From positions 1-64,000 of the forward strand of contig CBDBDQ010000005.1 in the NCBI GenBank assembly GCA_965203905.1: 64,000 nucleotides of DNA. Reading direction: 5' to 3'. Below the pieces are notes generated by a model. That model was given only the letters and a program-made list of their open reading frames with translations, was not told the DNA's origin and did not search any database. The stretch is from Spirochaetia bacterium (GTDB lineage: Bacteria > Spirochaetota > Spirochaetia > SZUA-6 > Bin103). Shown piece after piece: positions 10,467 to 18,762 of the stretch. Both the position numbers and the translations under genes were made by a program. Position 1 is the first letter of the stretch. Each line of letters opens with the position of its first letter.

Positions 10467-10494
10467 ACTGTAACACACCCCCCGGCAGAGTCAA
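10467..10494 (-). promoter_or_regulatory. Sigma70-type promoter for the SBP / UPF0261 operon
   Basis: TTGACT-16 nt-TACAGT with an extended TG; flanked by the inverted repeat AAACCCAC (10461-10468) / GTGGGTTT (10509-10516). Confidence 0.5.
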
Positions 10495-10569
10495 ATGCGT
10501 GAATTCGGGTGGGTTTCTCTGTCTGCCGCGGTCACCTCCGTACGGCATCGCACCTCGCGTGCCTGGCTG

Positions 10570-10945
10570 TGCACCATGGCTCGGGTGAGTCCATCACCGC
10601 CGCCTTGCTGGCGGAGGAGATCAGCGAGCCGCCAAGGCCGGTCACCCGGCGATCGAGCCGACGTCCCCAATGTGGCCACCGCCATTGCGCTTCCTCTCCG
10701 GGATGGCCGCGCGCGAGCATCAGTAAGGAGCCCTGGAAGTCGACCCCGAACTGCTCGTCCGAACTCTTGGTCGCCGACGCACTCCAGGTCGGGCGCCGGC
10801 ACCGCGCGCGTGCCCCCGCCACTGTTGACCACCAAGTAGGAGCGGCCGAACCTCGCCCACGGTGGCCGCCACCATCGTCCGCACCTTGGCGTCGCCGGCC
10901 CTGTCCGCCTGCACCACCAGACCGCCGGCGCCGCCGGCCCGAGCC
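10570..10945 (-). pseudogene. Decayed short-chain dehydrogenase/reductase (SDR) remnant
   Basis: Fragments across several frames: LVVQAD..DAKVRTMVAATV / ARFGRSYLVVNSGG / FGVDFQG / SASKAAV / LTRAM; catalytic Tyr not seen. Confidence 0.6.
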
Positions 10946-11022
10946 ACAGGACGACTGAATACTGCAAGAGGGAGAAACTCCCTCCTGCAGCATCAAGGTC
11001 ACCCTGCTGGTACTGGTATCAC

Positions 11023-12300
11023 TTAGCGATTGTTCACATGCTCCTGCTCGATGTTCCGCAACGCCTCCTCCGGGGTTACAGAACCAGCCAGCATCAACTT
11101 GATATTGTTCATAACGGCTTCGTAAACCGGTATCGGGAAACTGGTTGTCCAGAAGTCGGATGCAGGCAAATCAAACTGCTTGATGAGTGCTTCATCCTTC
11201 AGCCAATCTGGCAACTGAATTTCCGGGTTGACTATTGGACTGGGGGTCAGAGTAGACTCGCCCTGTCCCCAAGCCCTGAAGAAACCAGGAGAAACGATAT
11301 AGTCCAGGTAATCGATCGCCGCCTCCAATACTTCGGTATCGGGATTGATCATGATGCAAGAGCCCGGTGAATTCTGAACAAACTGCAACGAAGACTCCGC
11401 GTTTATGGAAGGCAGAGCGATTGTCTTCACTTCGAAATCGAGTCCGGCTTGTTGAGCAACATTATAGAACCATGTTCCATTGTAGAGTAGCGCGGCCTTC
11501 CCGGTAACCCAGGCTTGAATCGCTAGCTCATGGTTCTGAACATCATATCCTGTAGCAAAGACACCTCCTCTGTCCAGTTTGAGAAAGGTCTGAAACGCGG
11601 TTAACATGGCAGGCGATTCGTCCCACTTTTCCTCACCGCTATTCAGTCTCCCAACAATACCGACATCGGTAAGTTGCCCCACCAGGTCTCCTAGCCAAAG
11701 CGTGCTCGGCCATCCGTCCAGGTTACCCCATGATACTGCCTGCATCCCGGCAGCTTTAATCTGCGGAACGGTCTCTATCAATTCATCCATCGTCTCGGGG
11801 TACGGAATGTTATTGTCTTCGAAGAACTTCTTGTTGGCAAACAGTGCCTGCCACAGATATATACCGCCATAGGGAACGCCCCAGACTCGCCCCTCGCGTG
11901 TGGTAAAGTCCCAAAACGGCTCAGCAACGACATCACGGAATCCTCGCTCTGCGGCGATCTCCGTAATGTCCATGGCGCCGCCGCCGGCGATAAACTGGTC
12001 CAGCCAAGTCCCCACCGCGGTAGGCCACACATCTGGTTTGTCACCAGATTCCAAAGCAATCCTGGACTGGGCGTGGTAGTCACTCATCACCGTGAGATCC
12101 AACTCCACATCCGGCTGCAGGTCCCTATATGCTTCGATATAATCGACATTCCAATCCTGGGGCAGATCCGTCCACACCGTGAGGACGACCTTTTCTTCAG
12201 CGGCTGCGGCAGCTCCCACCATCGAAACAGCGGTGGCAAAGAAAAGCAGACACATCAATATCGTTTTCACTTCCAAACTCCTTGCACAAATGTCCTCCAT
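11023..12300 (-). CDS. Sugar ABC substrate-binding protein (lower-GC insert)
   Basis: LFANKKFFEDNNI-PET-DEL and GKAALLYNGTW motifs; visibly more AT-rich codon usage. Confidence 0.9.
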   Translation of the reverse strand: MEDICARSLEVKTILMCLLFFATAVSMVGAAAAAEEKVVLTVWTDLPQDWNVDYIEAYRDLQPDVELDLTVMSDYHAQSRIALESGDKPDVWPTAVGTWLDQFIAGGGAMDITEIAAERGFRDVVAEPFWDFTTREGRVWGVPYGGIYLWQALFANKKFFEDNNIPYPETMDELIETVPQIKAAGMQAVSWGNLDGWPSTLWLGDLVGQLTDVGIVGRLNSGEEKWDESPAMLTAFQTFLKLDRGGVFATGYDVQNHELAIQAWVTGKAALLYNGTWFYNVAQQAGLDFEVKTIALPSINAESSLQFVQNSPGSCIMINPDTEVLEAAIDYLDYIVSPGFFRAWGQGESTLTPSPIVNPEIQLPDWLKDEALIKQFDLPASDFWTTSFPIPVYEAVMNNIKLMLAGSVTPEEALRNIEQEHVNNR

Positions 12301-12411
12301 GACTGCCGAGAATCAGTGCAGTCACCACGAAAATACCTGTATAGCAAACCTCTGTCTCTAGAAACGCCTCCTTGTTTGATCGTATCACCGGATTCACGCT
12401 GATCACCAACA

Positions 12412-13314
12412 TCAGTGACCAAATCTCCTGAAGATCCTGTCCGTAATGTTTCCGACCACGATCACAAACACCACCGTAAGAAAGAACAGAACAACGGCCA
12501 TCGTCGCCGCGTAATCGAACTTGAACGCGAAGAATGCCTGTCGGTACATGTACAGCGAAGTGATGTTCGTGGCAAGCCCCGGGCCGCCATTCGTCAACAC
12601 ATGCAGGATATCGAATGCCTTGAATCCAGAAATCATGTTCACCATGATCAGCAGCATCATAGTGCGCAGAATACATGGGATCGTGATAAACACGACCTGC
12701 TGCAGCTTGGTTGCACCATCCGTAATTGCAGATTCGATGATCTCCCGCGGCACACCCTGTATGGCCGCTGAAAAGACTATCATGGAGAATCCCGCGTTGA
12801 ACCACACCGCCGGTGCAAATGCCGCATATATGGCAGTACGGGTATCGCCCAGTAAATTAATCGGGTCTGTGGTGCTCGTTATGCCGAGAGAGTTGAACAG
12901 GCTGCTGATCAAACCGATGAGAGGATTGTAGATCAGCGACCACAGCAGACCCAATGCCACCATAGACATCATCTGCGGCAAGAATAGTATTAATCTGGAA
13001 GCCGCCGAAAACACACGATTCTTCGTCCGGTATTCCAGCAATATTGCCAGTATCAGCCCAACAAACGGAGGGATAAAGGCAGACATGAGTGCCCACTGTA
13101 AGGTAAGTCCGATCGAATTCCAGAAAATCGGATCCTGGAATAGTGCAGCATAGTTGCCAAGGCCTATAAAGGACTCGGGAGTAAAGCCGTCCAGCTCAAA
13201 AAATGAATACCCGATCGATTGGAGCAACGGAAGATACAAAAATGCACCCATCAGCACGCTTGCCGGCAAAATAAAGATATATGGTGATAAGCTCTCTCTC
13301 CACTCCTTCATCAT
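12412..13314 (-). CDS. Carbohydrate ABC permease (MalF-type, lower-GC insert)
   Basis: ESAITDGA and LTNGGPG motifs. Confidence 0.92.
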   Translation of the reverse strand: MMKEWRESLSPYIFILPASVLMGAFLYLPLLQSIGYSFFELDGFTPESFIGLGNYAALFQDPIFWNSIGLTLQWALMSAFIPPFVGLILAILLEYRTKNRVFSAASRLILFLPQMMSMVALGLLWSLIYNPLIGLISSLFNSLGITSTTDPINLLGDTRTAIYAAFAPAVWFNAGFSMIVFSAAIQGVPREIIESAITDGATKLQQVVFITIPCILRTMMLLIMVNMISGFKAFDILHVLTNGGPGLATNITSLYMYRQAFFAFKFDYAATMAVVLFFLTVVFVIVVGNITDRIFRRFGH

Positions 13315-13317
13315 GCC

Positions 13318-14169
13318 TTACGCCTTGACTGCACCCGCTGTCAGGCCCTTGATGAAGTTCTTCTGCAAGATGATATAGAGTATCAATAACGGAGTAACCG
13401 CGATGGACAGCGCCGCAAACAGAAGGGTCCACTCTGTTCGAAATTCTGAAAAGAACATCTGGAGCTGCAGGGGCACGGTTCTGACAGATTCCTTTTTCAG
13501 GAATGTCAGTGGGTATAGATACTCATTCCAACTCCAGAGTGATTCAAAGATGACAACGGTAGTTATAATCGGTTTCGACAGCGGCACAACAAAACCAATT
13601 AGAAACCTGAGATTTGTACATCCATCCATTTTTGCCGACTCTTCTATTTCTTTTGGTATCTCCTTGAAAAAACCTGTCAGAAGAATGAGTGCTACCGGAA
13701 GCGCCAATGCTGACTGAGTCAGTATTACCGACACCAGATTATTGTATAGGCCCAGGTTTCGTACGATATAGAAAAGTGGTATTACGATAATCGTCGCGCT
13801 GATTATTATGGAAGATGCAAATAATCTGTAGAAGAAAGTTCTGCCTCTGAAATCTAACCTCGCCAGCGCAAAGCCGGCAGGTGTCGCCGTCGCCAGTACC
13901 AGAGAAACACATCCAACCGTAACCAATAAGCTATTCAAGAATACGGATGAGAACTTCGCCCGCTCCCAGGCTCTTACGTAAACTGAAAGGGTGATTTCCT
14001 GTGGCAAGCCCAACGGATTTTGAAACAGTTCCTTGATGGTTTTGAAGGCGTTCAGAGTCGTCCAAATAAATGGATAAAGTGAAACAATAATGGCGATAAC
14101 AAAGATTATCGTACTAATGACATCAAAGCCAATATCGCTGTTTGTTCTTCCCTTGTTCAATCCGTTCAA
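13318..14169 (-). CDS. Carbohydrate ABC permease (MalG-type, lower-GC insert)
   Basis: IPKEIEESAKMDG and GLTAGAVKA motifs; the most AT-rich gene in the window. Confidence 0.92.
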   Translation of the reverse strand: MNGLNKGRTNSDIGFDVISTIIFVIAIIVSLYPFIWTTLNAFKTIKELFQNPLGLPQEITLSVYVRAWERAKFSSVFLNSLLVTVGCVSLVLATATPAGFALARLDFRGRTFFYRLFASSIIISATIIVIPLFYIVRNLGLYNNLVSVILTQSALALPVALILLTGFFKEIPKEIEESAKMDGCTNLRFLIGFVVPLSKPIITTVVIFESLWSWNEYLYPLTFLKKESVRTVPLQLQMFFSEFRTEWTLLFAALSIAVTPLLILYIILQKNFIKGLTAGAVKA

Positions 14170-14223
14170 CCTCGCTGCACGGTCAGGTCCAACTTGCCAC
14201 CAACGCGCAGGTCGCGCTTGCCG

Positions 14224-14448
14224 CTACAGCCCCCAGACCGTGACCGGCGCGCCGGCTCGCGACGGCGGGCGGCGGAAGATCTTGTCCGCCCAGGGTCGCT
14301 TCGGCGCGCGGTCGGACACGACCAGGTGGCCCGCCTCCGCCCCGCACCGGTTCATGTAGCCGCGGGTCTGCTCCACCCCCTCGGCGACGGTTCGCTCCAA
14401 CCCCTTGCGCACGGGCCCCTCCGTGTTGAACTTGCGCACGGTCACCAT
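14224..14448 (-). pseudogene. Internally deleted AAA-ATPase / PD-(D/E)XK-type gene (N- and C-termini only)
   Basis: RKFNTEGPV (typical family N-terminus) joined in frame to RKGLERTVAEGVEQTRGYMNRCGAEAGHLVV..VTVWGL (typical C-terminus); no Walker motifs remain. Confidence 0.6.
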
Positions 14449-14672
14449 CGTTGCAGAGTATGGCGCGGCTGTCATCCTCGGCTGGCGCCGGCGGCGCCGT
14501 CGGGTCGCGCCATCTGCCCGCACAGCCGCGGGTCGAGCAGGGCGTCGCCGACTACCAACGCAACGCCACGCTCGGCGCCCAGCTTGCGCGCCATCTTGTC
14601 GGCCGGAGTGATCAGAGGTGACGCACGCGGGAAAGAAGCTCGCTGCCGGGGCGCCCGGCAACGGTAACGCGA

Positions 14673-15029
14673 TCACGTTGCCGGCGAGTGCACCAGGGCG
14701 GCGGCAAGGTCGCGGACGCGCTGCGGTCCGGGATCCTCCGGACGCCAGGTTCCACTGAGGAGCTGGCCCGGAGAGCGGCTGCGGAGCAGCTTGCGCGGGC
14801 GTTGGAACCAGCGGCGGACGCCGAAGTCGTTGCAGGCCCCGGCAAGGTCGCCGATGACCAGCGCCACGAAGTGGAGGCGGGCAGCGATCGCGTCCGGAGT
14901 CGCACGGCTCCCGGACAGATAGCGGCGCACACTGGAGGTGGAAATCCCGAGCAACCGTGCGAGCTCATCACCGCCCAGCACGCCATATACGCCGCGCCAT
15001 TCGGAGGCCGGCGTCGGCGACGAATCCAT
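14673..15029 (-). pseudogene. Xre/MbcA/ParS-like antitoxin, probably N-terminally truncated; no intact toxin partner
   Basis: HTH (ELARLLGISTSSVRRYLSG) plus VRRWFQRPRKLL..SP C-terminal domain; starts within 30 bp of the tRNA 3' end. Confidence 0.6.
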
Positions 15030-15056
15030 ATCAGTAGCGAAACCTGTGCAACGGAG

Positions 15057-15129
15057 CTCCCCCGGACAGACTCGAACTGCCGACACGGTGGTTAACAGCC
15101 ACCCGCTCTACCAACTGAGCTACAGGGGA
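15057..15129 (-). tRNA. tRNA-Asn (GTT)
   Basis: TCCCCTGTAGCTCAGTTGGTAGAGC-GGGTGGCT-GTT-AACCACC...GTTCGAGTC...GGGGGAG cloverleaf; CCA not encoded. Confidence 0.97.
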
Positions 15130-15159
15130 AAGACGGCGGTATCACCGCCGTGAACGATA

Positions 15160-15188
15160 CTATTAGCAACGCAGGGCGCGGAAGTCAA
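15160..15188 (-). promoter_or_regulatory. Sigma70 promoter of tRNA-Asn
   Basis: TTGACT-17 nt-TAATAG with an extended TG. Confidence 0.65.
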
Positions 15189-15196
15189 CCGGTGGA

Positions 15197-15529
15197 TCAT
15201 CCCGACACGCTTTTCTCCAGCGCTTGTCGAATCCATCGGTTCAGGCTCATCCCGCTCTCTGCCGCCGTGCGCGCCACTCGCTGGTGCAACTCCGGGCCAA
15301 GGCGCACGTTGAGCGTTCCCGAGTGTGGCTTGCGCGGCTCGACCCCATCCTCTTCGCAGGAAGCGAGATACTCGTCGATCGAACGGTGGAATTCCCTCCG
15401 AAGCCCCTCCACGTCGGTCGCCTCGAAGGTGGCGATCGGATACGCGCCACTGTTCACGACCCTGCCGTGCAGACGGCCTACGGAGTCGTCGAATTCGATC
15501 CCGGCAGCATAGCCCTTGTACTCCATCAT
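15197..15529 (-). CDS. hicB: HicB-family antitoxin (orphan, no hicA)
   Basis: MEYKGY...EFHRSIDEYLASC...PRKPHSGTLNVRLGPELH...SLNRW (RNase H-like plus RHH domains). Confidence 0.9.
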   Translation of the reverse strand: MMEYKGYAAGIEFDDSVGRLHGRVVNSGAYPIATFEATDVEGLRREFHRSIDEYLASCEEDGVEPRKPHSGTLNVRLGPELHQRVARTAAESGMSLNRWIRQALEKSVSG

Positions 15530-15656
15530 GGCGCACCACACTACCATCGCTGCCGAGCCGCCGGGGAGCGTTGGGGAGCCCGCGGCTGCGCGCCGGAGCT
15601 AACGCCGCCTCTCGGCTGCTACTTGAACCAGGGCGATCTGCCGTATAGTGGCGGCC

Positions 15657-16739
15657 ATGAAGCTCGGGATGTTCATGATGCCGTTGCATCCGCCGCAGAA
15701 AGACCGCACGGCGTGCTTCGACGAGGATATCGAGCAGGTGGTTCGCGCCGAGGCGCTTGGCTTCACCGAGGCGTGGATCGGGCAACACCATACGGTGGCC
15801 TGGGAGCCGATCCCCTCGAACGACCTGTTCATCGCCACCCTGATACCGCGCACCAGCTCGATCCGGCTCGGCACCGGGGTCTCCATCATCCCCCACCACC
15901 ACCCGGTGAACGTGGCGGTGCGGCTGGCGTTTCTCGATCACCTGTCGCGCGGGCGCATCAACGCGGGCTTCGGCCAGAGCGGGGTGCCCACCGACTGGGG
16001 ACTGTTCGACCTGCCCGATCCCGGAACCCAGGGCCTGATGACGATGGAGGGGATGGAGCTGGTGATGAAGCTGTGGCAGGCGGACGCACCGTTCGACTTC
16101 CGCGGCAAGTTCTGGCACGTGCACGCCGGCGACCCCGACCTGGAGCTGGGAGTGGGGGTGATGCTGAAGCCGTATCAGCAGCCCCACCCGCCGATCGGCA
16201 TGAGCGTGATCAAGGCGGGCTCGATGGCGGCGCGTACCGCGGGACAGCGCGGTTTCCTGCCGATCAGCACCAACCTGGTGCCGGAGTCGACCCTGGCGTC
16301 GCACTGGGAGACCTACTGCGAAGGCGCCGCCGAGGCACAGCGGCCGACCCCGGAACGCGAGCTGTGGCGCATCTCGCGCAGCATCTTCGTGGCGGACAGC
16401 GATGCCGAAGCGTGGGACCACGCCCGTGGCGGTACCTTCGCCGCTTCGCTGGAGTACCTGATCCAGATCCTCACCGCCGGCGGCGTGCTCTACGTGATGA
16501 AGGAGCACCCCGATCAGCCCGATGCCGAGATCACCGTGGACTACGCCATGGAGAAGCTGTGCATCGTGGGCAGCGTGCAGACCTGCAGCGAGCGGCTGCG
16601 CGCGCTGCAGGAGGCCACCGGCGGCTTCGGGACGCTGCTGATGATCGCCCACGACTGGGACGACCGGGCGCGCTGGACCCGTTCCCTGGAGTTGCTGGCG
16701 CGCGAGGTGGTGCCGGCCGTGGCGGCGCATGGCGATTGA
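15657..16739 (+). CDS. LLM-class (luciferase-like) flavin-dependent monooxygenase
   Basis: MKLGMFMMPLHP, EAWIGQHHT, IRLGTGV, LDHLSRGR and PYQQPHPP motifs. Confidence 0.9.
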   Translation: MKLGMFMMPLHPPQKDRTACFDEDIEQVVRAEALGFTEAWIGQHHTVAWEPIPSNDLFIATLIPRTSSIRLGTGVSIIPHHHPVNVAVRLAFLDHLSRGRINAGFGQSGVPTDWGLFDLPDPGTQGLMTMEGMELVMKLWQADAPFDFRGKFWHVHAGDPDLELGVGVMLKPYQQPHPPIGMSVIKAGSMAARTAGQRGFLPISTNLVPESTLASHWETYCEGAAEAQRPTPERELWRISRSIFVADSDAEAWDHARGGTFAASLEYLIQILTAGGVLYVMKEHPDQPDAEITVDYAMEKLCIVGSVQTCSERLRALQEATGGFGTLLMIAHDWDDRARWTRSLELLAREVVPAVAAHGD

Positions 16740-17274
16740 CCGCGACGCCCAGCGCCGCATCATGGGCCACTTCGCCACCGGCGTGACGGTGATCACCACC
16801 GGCGGCCGGGCGGGTGGCGAGTGGGGCATGACCGCCAACTCCGTCACTTCCCTGTCGCTCGATCCGCCGCTGGTGCTGTTCGCGATCGACCTGCGCAACC
16901 AGTTGCTGCAGCAGTTGGAGTCCACCCCGGTGTTCGCGATCAACATCCTGCGCGCCGACCAGGAGGCGCTGTCGGCGCGCTTCGCGGCGCCCGGTCCGAA
17001 GGACTTTGCCGGGATCGAGATCACCTTCGGGCGCAGCGGCGCGCCGATCTTCGCCGACTGCCTCGGGTTCCTCGACTGCGAGGTGCGCGAACGGCTGCCC
17101 GGCGGTGATCACCAGATCGTGGTCGGTACGGTGGTCGGCGGCGAGCTGAGCGGCGGCAAGCCGCTGCTGTTCTACGGCGGCGGCTACAACGGCATCGCCC
17201 ACCAGCCACCACGCGGCGCCAGGCCGCGCAGCTATACGCTGGAAGAGAGCTACGACCAGTTCGGGGCGTTCTGA
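16729..17274 (+). CDS. Flavin reductase (DIM6/NTAB family)
   Basis: FATGVTVITT, GMTANSVTSLSLDPPLV and GGDH motifs. Confidence 0.92.
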   Translation: MAIDRDAQRRIMGHFATGVTVITTGGRAGGEWGMTANSVTSLSLDPPLVLFAIDLRNQLLQQLESTPVFAINILRADQEALSARFAAPGPKDFAGIEITFGRSGAPIFADCLGFLDCEVRERLPGGDHQIVVGTVVGGELSGGKPLLFYGGGYNGIAHQPPRGARPRSYTLEESYDQFGAF

Positions 17275-17290
17275 ACGGCGGGTGGGGCCG

Positions 17291-17321
17291 GCGCGGCTGC
17301 CGCCTCAGGCGGCAGCCGCGC
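17291..17321. terminator. Perfect 14-bp hairpin between convergent genes
   Basis: GCGCGGCTGCCGCC-tca-GGCGGCAGCCGCGC; the loop is the stop codon of the FAD-subunit gene; no U-tract. Confidence 0.5.
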
Positions 17322-18165
17322 GCTGGGCGGCGAGCAGCAGGGCGCGGCGTCCCAGGACCCGGGCCAGGCGCAGCCGGTAGGCGCTGGAGGCGTAGGGATC
17401 TTCCAGCGGCTCGTCCACGCTGAAGTCCGCCAGGACGGCATCCACCGCCGCCGCATCCAGCCTGGCGCCGCTGAGCGCGCCGAGGTCGGCCAGCACCGGC
17501 ACCGGTCCGGCGCCGCCGACGGCCAGCCGCGCCGCGCTGCAGCGGCCGTCCGCATCCACCGTCACCAGCGCCGCGGCGCCGCACACCGCGTAGCCCGAGG
17601 CGGGGTGGGGATGCTTGAGGTAGGCCGATCCGCTGCGCGCGCCCGCTACCGGCAGCTCCACGGCCGTGATGATCTCGCCCGCTGCGAGTTGCGTAAGAAA
17701 CAGGTCGCTGAAGAACGCGTTCGCCGCCACCCGCCGCACCCCGGCAGTCGAGGTCAGCTCCAGCTCGGCGCCCGCCGCCACCAGCGCCGCCGGAGGATCT
17801 GAGGCGGGATCGGCGTGCGCCAGGTTGCCGCCCAGCGTACCCCAGTTGCGCACCGCCGGGTCGCCCACCTTGGCGCAGGCCTCGGCCAGCATCCGGGCGC
17901 CGGCAGCCACCTCCGCGCAGCGCGCCACCCGGTCGTGGCAGGTGAGCGCTCCGATGCGCAGCGTCCCGTCGAGCCGCTCCACGCCCGCCAGCTCCGAGAT
18001 GCGGCCGATGTCGATCAGCGTCGCCGGCTGCGCCAGGCGCAGCTTCAGCGCCGGCAGCAGGCTGTGGCCACCCGCCAGAAGCTGGCCGTCGGGATGCGCT
18101 TCCAGCGCTGCCAGGGCCTCCGCCACGCTCACCATGCGCAGGTAGTCGAACGCTGCCGGGTACAT
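17305..18165 (-). CDS. Xanthine dehydrogenase-family FAD-binding (CoxM-like) subunit
   Basis: [17 protein letters not shown] and VRNWGTLGGNLAHADPASD motifs. Confidence 0.92.
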   Translation of the reverse strand: MYPAAFDYLRMVSVAEALAALEAHPDGQLLAGGHSLLPALKLRLAQPATLIDIGRISELAGVERLDGTLRIGALTCHDRVARCAEVAAGARMLAEACAKVGDPAVRNWGTLGGNLAHADPASDPPAALVAAGAELELTSTAGVRRVAANAFFSDLFLTQLAAGEIITAVELPVAGARSGSAYLKHPHPASGYAVCGAAALVTVDADGRCSAARLAVGGAGPVPVLADLGALSGARLDAAAVDAVLADFSVDEPLEDPYASSAYRLRLARVLGRRALLLAAQRAAAA

Positions 18166-18644
18166 CAGCTGCCCTCCCCGGCGGCGGCCGCGGCGTGCAC
18201 GGCCTGCACCACAGCGGCATACCCGGTGCAGCGGCACAGGTTGCCCTTGAGGCCGTCGCGGATCTGCGCGTCGTTGGGCCGCGGCTCCCGCTCCAACAGG
18301 GCGATGGTGGCCAGCACCATCCCCGAGGTGCAGTAGCCGCACTGCAGGCCGTGGTGGTGCCAGAGCTGCTCCTGCACCGGGTGCAGCTCGCCGTTCCGTG
18401 CCACGCCCTCTATCGTGGTCACGCTGCGTCCGTCGGCCTGCACCGCCAGGAAGGTGCACGACTTGGCGACGGCGCCGTCGACCAGCACGGTGCAGGCGCC
18501 GCACAGGCTGGTCTCGCAGCCGACGTGGGTGCCGGTGAGCCCCAGTGCGTCGCGCAGGAAGTGGACCAGGAGCGTACGCGGTTCCACGGCGCGCTCGTAA
18601 CGGCGGCCGTTCACGTTGACGGAGATGGCGATTGGCTGTGACAC
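18165..18644 (-). CDS. Xanthine dehydrogenase-family (2Fe-2S) (CoxS-like) subunit
   Basis: [16 protein letters not shown] and NLCRCTGY cysteine motifs. Confidence 0.95.
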   Translation of the reverse strand: MSQPIAISVNVNGRRYERAVEPRTLLVHFLRDALGLTGTHVGCETSLCGACTVLVDGAVAKSCTFLAVQADGRSVTTIEGVARNGELHPVQEQLWHHHGLQCGYCTSGMVLATIALLEREPRPNDAQIRDGLKGNLCRCTGYAAVVQAVHAAAAAGEGS

Positions 18645-18762
18645 GGCCCTACCCTACGGAGCACCGGGAGCGCAGGTCAATCGCGCCCCGCCGGGCGTGG
18701 TCAGCGAGCGTGCCGAGCCCTGGAGACGGCCACGAGAATCGCGCTATGCTGCGGTCACTGCC

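Noticed and set aside
10479-10498. attR copy of the tRNA-Asn 3' end
   Set aside because: The match needs two gaps and two mismatches in about 22 nt and coincides with a plausible sigma70 promoter.
1-14169. Missing ATPase genes in the three sugar ABC clusters
   Set aside because: Carbohydrate ABC systems commonly share an ATPase encoded elsewhere.
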